The notes beneath the pieces were generated by a model, which searched no databases, was not told the DNA's origin, and was given only the letters and a program-made list of their open reading frames with translations. Positions 59,301-64,000 of a DNA stretch of 64,000 bases are shown piece by piece. The position numbers were made by a program, and so were the translations under genes. Within the stretch, counting starts at the first letter, position 1. Each line of letters starts with the position of its first letter. The stretch is from the IMG/VR virus record IMGVR_UViG_3300037264_008235, positions 1,466 through 65,465 of that record, one strand, 5' to 3'. The DNA is from a virus. Its lineage: Duplodnaviria; Caudoviricetes.

Positions 59301-60658
59301 GGCGCCTGCGTGCAGGACCAGTACTGCTCGAGGTTCCGGTCCCAGGCGCGGACGATCGCGTAGCGGCGGTCGGCGAAGGCCGGGTCGTTCGGGTGCGGCG
59401 GGACGTAGGTCGAGATCTCCGCGACGAAGCGGGCGACCGCCGGCTCCGTCTCGTCCCGCCGCCCGACCAGCCGGCAGGCGGTGTAGAGCTGGCCGGAGGA
59501 CTCCTTGAACCCGTGCCGGAGGACCTGCTGCTGGTCGTCCACGTCCACGCGGAAGCGGTTCGGGAACCCGGACGCGAGCCCGTTCTCGCTGAGCTGGTCG
59601 AACGGGTCGATCTGGACCCGCATCTCGTCCACGAACGGGGCGTCGAACGTGTGCTGCCAGAGCTGCATCGTCGGGCTCACGCTCTTCACGAGCACGACGA
59701 CCGCTTCCTTGAACGGCCCGTCGAAGACGAGCTTGCCCGGCCGCGGCGCGCGGCCCGCGTACCAGTCGGTCGAGATCCGGAAGCTGGCCGGGAACAGGTC
59801 GTGCGTCCCGCCGGCCACGTAGAACGGGCCGAGGATCGGCGTCAGCTCGTAGAGGTGGCTGAGCTCGAGGTCCTCCCCGATCGCGACCACGTCCGCGCGG
59901 TGGTCCGCGAGCGCCCGCTCGTCGAAGTCCGGGTCGTCCGGGTCCGGGTTGTAGACGCGCCGCGGGAACAGGCGGTTCGGGTCCGGGTTCGGCTCGAGGC
60001 GCGGGTTGTTCGTCACCTGGAAGTTGAGGTCGTCGAACAGGCTCCGGCAGAGGTACTCGACCGCCCTCCCGTCCGAGGTCCGGTTGATCTCCGCGATCCG
60101 GCCGGAGAACAGCGGCTGCCGGAAGTCGCTGGTAACGGTGAACCCGGCGGTCCCGTCCGAGGTCAGGTCGAGGACGGCGCCGCCGCGCGTCTCCGAGATC
60201 TGGAACGTGGTCGCGGTCGCGGCGACGACGTAGTAGGCGCGGAGCGGCTCGATCCCGCCCGGGAGCGCGCCGGCCGCGGCGCGGAACACGACCGGCTCGC
60301 CGACGATGAACGCGTGGGCGACGGCCGGCGGGACGAGCGTCGTCGTGACGAGGTTCCCCGTCGCCGAGCCGGAACATGAGTAGGACGGCGGAAGCTCGCC
60401 CCGCGCGTGGAGCACGCGCGAGTACTCGGAATGGTAGTACGCGACGCGGCGCCCGTAGGCGAAGCTGGCCCGGTCGAACGGGACGTGCTCCCGGAAGACG
60501 AGGAGGTCCCCCTCATTCCGGTTCTTCTCGCACCGGACCATCGAGATCTCGCCGTTGAGCCCGTCGTCCCCGAAGAGGTCGACGACCCGGTCGGCGTCCG
60601 GGCCGGCCGGGGAGGAGATCGACGGCGTGACCCCGACGCGCAGCCGGTGACCGCTCAC
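56378..60658 (-). CDS. Large tail tip / hub protein with three inserted modules
   Basis: 1426 aa; LFSGRI..INR..VEY.C hub-like motif; coiled coil; position after TMP. Confidence 0.6.
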   Translation of the reverse strand: MSGHRLRVGVTPSISSPAGPDADRVVDLFGDDGLNGEISMVRCEKNRNEGDLLVFREHVPFDRASFAYGRRVAYYHSEYSRVLHARGELPPSYSCSGSATGNLVTTTLVPPAVAHAFIVGEPVVFRAAAGALPGGIEPLRAYYVVAATATTFQISETRGGAVLDLTSDGTAGFTVTSDFRQPLFSGRIAEINRTSDGRAVEYLCRSLFDDLNFQVTNNPRLEPNPDPNRLFPRRVYNPDPDDPDFDERALADHRADVVAIGEDLELSHLYELTPILGPFYVAGGTHDLFPASFRISTDWYAGRAPRPGKLVFDGPFKEAVVVLVKSVSPTMQLWQHTFDAPFVDEMRVQIDPFDQLSENGLASGFPNRFRVDVDDQQQVLRHGFKESSGQLYTACRLVGRRDETEPAVARFVAEISTYVPPHPNDPAFADRRYAIVRAWDRNLEQYWSCTQAPVSTWTGTSVNGGGPNQPFIQIGSLAWQPLWWSGGRVKVEFNVFKTPPIVGPPTVWEADVATSFRDTLNLAAGTPAPPAVINGGGPTGWAALQVRNLHRITVTARPPAAGGSAVDVFRTYLVVDTSLPPVSPAAPWKYPPVSLSHVFDSCCDAAYLVQQLLGPSGSPTAQMIPADWDVVRETRIVGGQNVTLDLVSLLSPAYVGASCATPGSAIVNPVQELRFCTKTGGTLSVRFPENVEFSAAALASTDTFVKVGGGAHGLFAGQPVRLYGSVPGGVTLGSRYYVASSGFTATAFKIALARGGNPVNLTVSSPSVSVSAEVHLGYAGQATSTAYSRLGIERELLVYLDAINEESMERGDPATPANPQGFKHPEFVASARNHAKEILEQYKDVRYAGELVLRGLRFDWLVFLTAPPPLPAPAYAAEPCVQACVDLHSGGKVIVERAQHTREVYDFAANQTSVTLSTDRSGTGGAFDRAVADVRQRQKAAALERVVKKMNDRERCLAGARAVGGAVGGGGALGGGLNGPNGGGAFGGRSQNATQFDPSGLQAQIDALNNKVQNGLSAIGSGLAALWSKLEAVQGKQDAEKGPDAPADSAESALSNLNEGSGPTADVPIIDVEALEDVVLGVDARVSAVTYDIQGHPSIMAIVRWDEERPAPDPYVAEFLRNKKQAVKLRGELDPESNTIRPATGTITLDAEADTEVFTKDGGGAHGLVVGEPVRFTDGSGSIPGGITSGAKYYVIADGFSSTEFKVSTTRDGTATPLSGDGSNFTGRHPQQPVFPDNISGNTDPLAQGSYTELTGCIYWPRAIIGDLTRGPGNRLWPPSFNPATHLTWLQYLADPGIHGGPIDPLDWPTPSDAYAPLGIPANTVSINGASLGNGVGYPENLVTGNLGAVFFHPVVGWMIANAVGLYPAIDSGEGLHPDFPLITLDPDRTQTMLREEIAASNPASLLGRVAALTPTTRLLSMERFV

Positions 60659-61965
60659 GGGTTCGGCCCTCCGGTATCGGCGCCCGCCGCGGCCGCGGCG
60701 GGGACGATCCCGAGCGGGCCGGCGGAGTCGGCGGCCGCCTCCGCGGCGTCGGGCCGGATCGAGGTCGGCCAGGACTCAGCGACCGCGGCGGCCGGGAGCG
60801 CCGGCGTGATTCCCTTGGGACGGAAAGTCACGATGCCGGCGGGGACCAGGAACTGCGGGGGGAGGATCAGCCACCCGCGCCGCCGGTTCCGGAGGTACTG
60901 CTCGATCAGGAAGTACCACTGCCAGTTGATCTGGACGAGCGGCTCGGTCGTCGTCTCCGCCGGCTGGACGAGCGACGGCTCGGTCAGCTCGACCGTGATC
61001 CGTTCCCAGATATCCGGGTCGAACACGCCGCGGGTCCGCTCGTCCTCGTTCAGTTTCACGAGAGAGAAGGCCCACTCGCCCTGCCCGTGCCGGCGCCGGT
61101 AGGCCCAGACCGGACTCGCGGGGGGGAGCAGCTCGAAATAGTCGAACTCCCGCCGGAACGGGCGCGCGTAGGAGGCGAACCCGTTGGCGGTCATGGTCGC
61201 GGGCGCGACCTCCCACCAGGGATCGGTCGGCGTCGAGACGAGCGCGACGGCGCTCAGAGCGAACGCCGCGTCCATCACGAGCACCGGATCCGGGGGGTTC
61301 GCTTCGAGTCCGGGGACCGGCGCGCCGTAGTGGAGCTGCACGAGAAGAGTGTGCGTCCCACTGCCCTGGGACGTAAGGTCCACGATCGGGAAGCAGATCA
61401 TCCCCGTCGCGTCTCCGGTCAGGTCGAACTCCGACCCGCCGAGAGTCGCGGAAAGCGTGAAGTTGTCCGCGTCCACGACGACCCGGACGTAGTAGGTCGT
61501 CCCCGCCGTGATCCCGGAGGCGCCGACGCTGCGGAATACTACAGGCTGGTCGACCGCGAGTCCGTGCGCGACCTTGGTGATCCGGTTGTTGGAGGCGGTC
61601 GCCACGACCCCGGCGAGCGCGGTCGGGAACGTGGATACCTTGAAGGTGTCGGCGTCCTTGTCCTGGACGAAGTACTGCGTGCCCTTGGCGGTCCCTCCGG
61701 GAAGCGTCCCGAGGAGGTTCCGGAGCTGGACCGCCTGACCGTCTGCGAGCCCGTGCGCCGCTTCCGTGATCGCGTTCGTGGTCGCGTTCACGTCCGCGGC
61801 GGGGAACGTCTTGGTCGTGACCAAAAAACCCTCGAAGGCCACGGCGACGCGCTCCCAGAGCTGGGGAGGGAAGAACGGTCGCGTGGCGGCGTCCTCCGTC
61901 AGCAGTTTCGTGGTGAGTGCCCACGGGTTCGCGCTGCACTCGCGGTTCCGGTAGACGTAGAGCAC
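60655..61965 (-). CDS. Minor tail protein with two nested modules
   Basis: Position; module inside module. Confidence 0.55.
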   Translation of the reverse strand: MLYVYRNRECSANPWALTTKLLTEDAATRPFFPPQLWERVAVAFEGFLVTTKTFPAADVNATTNAITEAAHGLADGQAVQLRNLLGTLPGGTAKGTQYFVQDKDADTFKVSTFPTALAGVVATASNNRITKVAHGLAVDQPVVFRSVGASGITAGTTYYVRVVVDADNFTLSATLGGSEFDLTGDATGMICFPIVDLTSQGSGTHTLLVQLHYGAPVPGLEANPPDPVLVMDAAFALSAVALVSTPTDPWWEVAPATMTANGFASYARPFRREFDYFELLPPASPVWAYRRRHGQGEWAFSLVKLNEDERTRGVFDPDIWERITVELTEPSLVQPAETTTEPLVQINWQWYFLIEQYLRNRRRGWLILPPQFLVPAGIVTFRPKGITPALPAAAVAESWPTSIRPDAAEAAADSAGPLGIVPAAAAAGADTGGPNP

Positions 61966-61966
61966 G

Positions 61967-63658
61967 CTACGGCCACCTCGCGCTCTTGAAGAGGTCCCCG
62001 GCGCCGCCCGGCTCCCCGATCCCGCCCGCCTCGATCCTCACCCATCGCCTCGTCCCGGAGCCGGTCGAGGTCACGTCGACCGCGCCGCCGCCCAGCGTCG
62101 TCGAGACCTTGAACGTGTTCGCGCGCCCGAGCTTCATCGTCCCGGTCCCGGTCGTTGTCAGGTCGATCTCAGTCCCGGGGCCGGCGACCGCGGAGAGCTT
62201 GACGGTGTTCCCGTCGACGACGATCACGTAGTAGTCGACCCCCTCGAGGAGCGGCGCCGGGAGATACATGCCGTAGAGCCGGACCGCTTCTCCGGACGAG
62301 AACCCGTGAGACGCGATCGCGATCGTGTTCGCGCCGGCGTTCACGTTCGCGTCCGTGAACGTCTTGCTCGTCAGGACTACGTAGTAGGCGCCCTTCGCGT
62401 TCAGGCCCCCCGGCATCGCCGCGCCCGGGTCCGCCCAGAGGACGACGCGGTCGTCGTTGACGAGCCCGTGGCCGGAGGACGTGAGCGTGTCGTCCGTCTC
62501 CGCCGTGAAGATCCCGGTCGTCGTCCCGAACGGGACCAGCCGGGAGAGGTTCTGGATCAGCGGCCGCTTCCGCCCGAGGAAGTTGTAGTTGAGCGTCGCG
62601 AGGCGCCCCGTCTGCTCGTTGATCTCCGCCGTGATCCGCTGGAAGGCGACCTCCCGGTAGAGCCCGACGAACCCGCGCACGTGGAGCCCGGCCGTGTAGG
62701 AGACCGGCTGGCCGGCGATGATCTGCGGCGGCCTCCGGACCGGCTCCTGGAGGACCACGACCCGCCAGTCCCCGTTGCCGGCGACGGTCTCCCGGATCTC
62801 CTCGATCTTGACCAGCTCGCACCCGACGTCGATCCCGCCCGCGTCCTCCCCGTCCCCGCCCGGGTGGTCCTGGAGGTCGAACTTCCCGACGGAGAGCACC
62901 ATCCCCGGGCGGAACCCGACCGACCAAGCGTCGAAGAGGAGCGTTAGGACGTCGGTCCCCCAGTTGACGTTGAGGATGATCGCGTTCTCGAGCGTCGGTT
63001 TCGGGTACTCCCCGTCCCCGTCCGGGACCGAGTAGGGGTTCGGCGTGGCCGTCTTCACGACCTGGCCGTCCCAGAAGACGATCACGTCGCACAGGTAGGC
63101 CTCGGTCCCGAGCCGGAAATCCTGGAGATACCGCTCCGGCCGGTTCGGCGCGGAGAACTCGGGGCTGTTCCCCTTCCCGACCTGGACGAGCGTCGGGTCG
63201 TAGAACCGGAACGCCTCGTGGAGGTCCCTGGTCTGGTCGGAAAGGAACTCGTCCAGGACGAGCGGGCTGGCGAACGCGACGCCGTGCCGGAACGAGTGCT
63301 GGAACGTGAAGTTTCCGGAGCTGCCGTCGATCGCCGGCGCGAGCCCGCGGCTGACCGGGTCGACCGATAGCGCGCCGCGCTCGATCGACGTCGTCTTGAC
63401 CTGGTAGGAGCTGCCCGAGAGCGGGACGGTCGTCCGCCACTTCCCGATCGGGAACGCGCGGTGCCAGGGCGCCGTCGGGAGGACCACGATCCCGATGGTA
63501 CCTTCCGTGACCTCCGCCTCCGGCCAGTTGGTCGGCCGGTCGAGCTGCGGCTGCGGCCACTTCCCGCGAGGGTCGTCCGCGGCCTCCGCGGGCGACCGCT
63601 TGAAGTCGTAGATCAGCAGCCAGGCGGCCGTCGCGCCGAACACCGCGGTGGAGGCCAT
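61967..63658 (-). CDS. Distal/minor tail protein with two nested modules
   Basis: First gene after the probable TMP end; module inside module near C-terminus. Confidence 0.55.
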   Translation of the reverse strand: MASTAVFGATAAWLLIYDFKRSPAEAADDPRGKWPQPQLDRPTNWPEAEVTEGTIGIVVLPTAPWHRAFPIGKWRTTVPLSGSSYQVKTTSIERGALSVDPVSRGLAPAIDGSSGNFTFQHSFRHGVAFASPLVLDEFLSDQTRDLHEAFRFYDPTLVQVGKGNSPEFSAPNRPERYLQDFRLGTEAYLCDVIVFWDGQVVKTATPNPYSVPDGDGEYPKPTLENAIILNVNWGTDVLTLLFDAWSVGFRPGMVLSVGKFDLQDHPGGDGEDAGGIDVGCELVKIEEIRETVAGNGDWRVVVLQEPVRRPPQIIAGQPVSYTAGLHVRGFVGLYREVAFQRITAEINEQTGRLATLNYNFLGRKRPLIQNLSRLVPFGTTTGIFTAETDDTLTSSGHGLVNDDRVVLWADPGAAMPGGLNAKGAYYVVLTSKTFTDANVNAGANTIAIASHGFSSGEAVRLYGMYLPAPLLEGVDYYVIVVDGNTVKLSAVAGPGTEIDLTTTGTGTMKLGRANTFKVSTTLGGGAVDVTSTGSGTRRWVRIEAGGIGEPGGAGDLFKSARWP

Positions 63659-64000
63659 CAGATCACTCCCGTCAGGCTCGGGAACTGGGTCTCGAGCTCG
63701 AGCTCCCGCCGCGCTGCGTCCCGCGCCGCGTCCGCGACGACCTTCTCGCGCGCGATCAGGAACGCGCCGAGCCGGTCGAGCGAGGCCGCGATCTGGGACA
63801 GCCCGAGCTCGGTCGTCTTCACGGCCGCCTCGGACGTCTCCTCCGTTCGCTTCGCCGCCGCGGCCGCCTCCGCCGCCGGCTCGGCGAGCCGCTCGGCCAC
63901 GAGCGACTCGCTCCGCGCGTTGAAGTCGTCCGCCGCCTGGCGCGCCTCCTCGACGCTCTGCCCGCGCTTCCGCCCGCCGGCCCCCGCCGGCGGCGCCGCC
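63658..64000 (-). CDS. Probable C-terminus of tape measure protein
   Basis: Open frame enters from the window edge; Ala/Glu helical sequence; stop overlaps next ATG. Confidence 0.6.
   Translation of the reverse strand, partial: AAPPAGAGGRKRGQSVEEARQAADDFNARSESLVAERLAEPAAEAAAAAKRTEETSEAAVKTTELGLSQIAASLDRLGAFLIAREKVVADAARDAARRELELETQFPSLTGVI

Noticed and set aside
53008-63658. Diversity-generating retroelement or CRISPR array as source of the repeats
   Set aside because: No reverse transcriptase, no adenine-specific TR/VR pair, no repeat-spacer periodicity seen

Overview
The window is most of a very GC-rich tailed dsDNA phage genome with siphovirus-like organisation. It appears circularly permuted: a tape-measure-like ORF leaves the window at position 1 and a probable C-terminus of it re-enters at 64000. 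The minus strand carries morphogenesis genes (1-16 kb: TerL, portal-gpF fusion, HK97 protease, capsid, head-tail, tail tube, frameshifted tail chaperones, TMP). It also carries a TerS / methyltransferase-ParB / glycosyltransferase block and a replication module (AT-rich origin, intein-containing primase-helicase, exonuclease). From 30.7 to 47.5 kb, plus-strand genes encode two SNF2-like helicases, an SSB-like protein, N4/N6 and C5 methyltransferases and secreted proteins. From 47.6 to 64 kb, minus-strand genes encode a sigma factor, membrane/lipoproteins and tail-tip proteins. I found no integrase, DNA polymerase, endolysin, tRNA or CRISPR array. Main findings: (1) an ~80-codon in-frame module occurs 11 times in five virion genes, twice nested inside itself and often flanked by short direct repeats; (2) a C5-methyltransferase is split over two overlapping frames with an HNH gene overprinted inside it; (3) a chromosomal-type parS site and tandem DnaA boxes suggest plasmid-like use of host machinery; (4) TerL carries an extra degenerate ATPase copy. 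All calls come from motif recognition by eye, not database searches.
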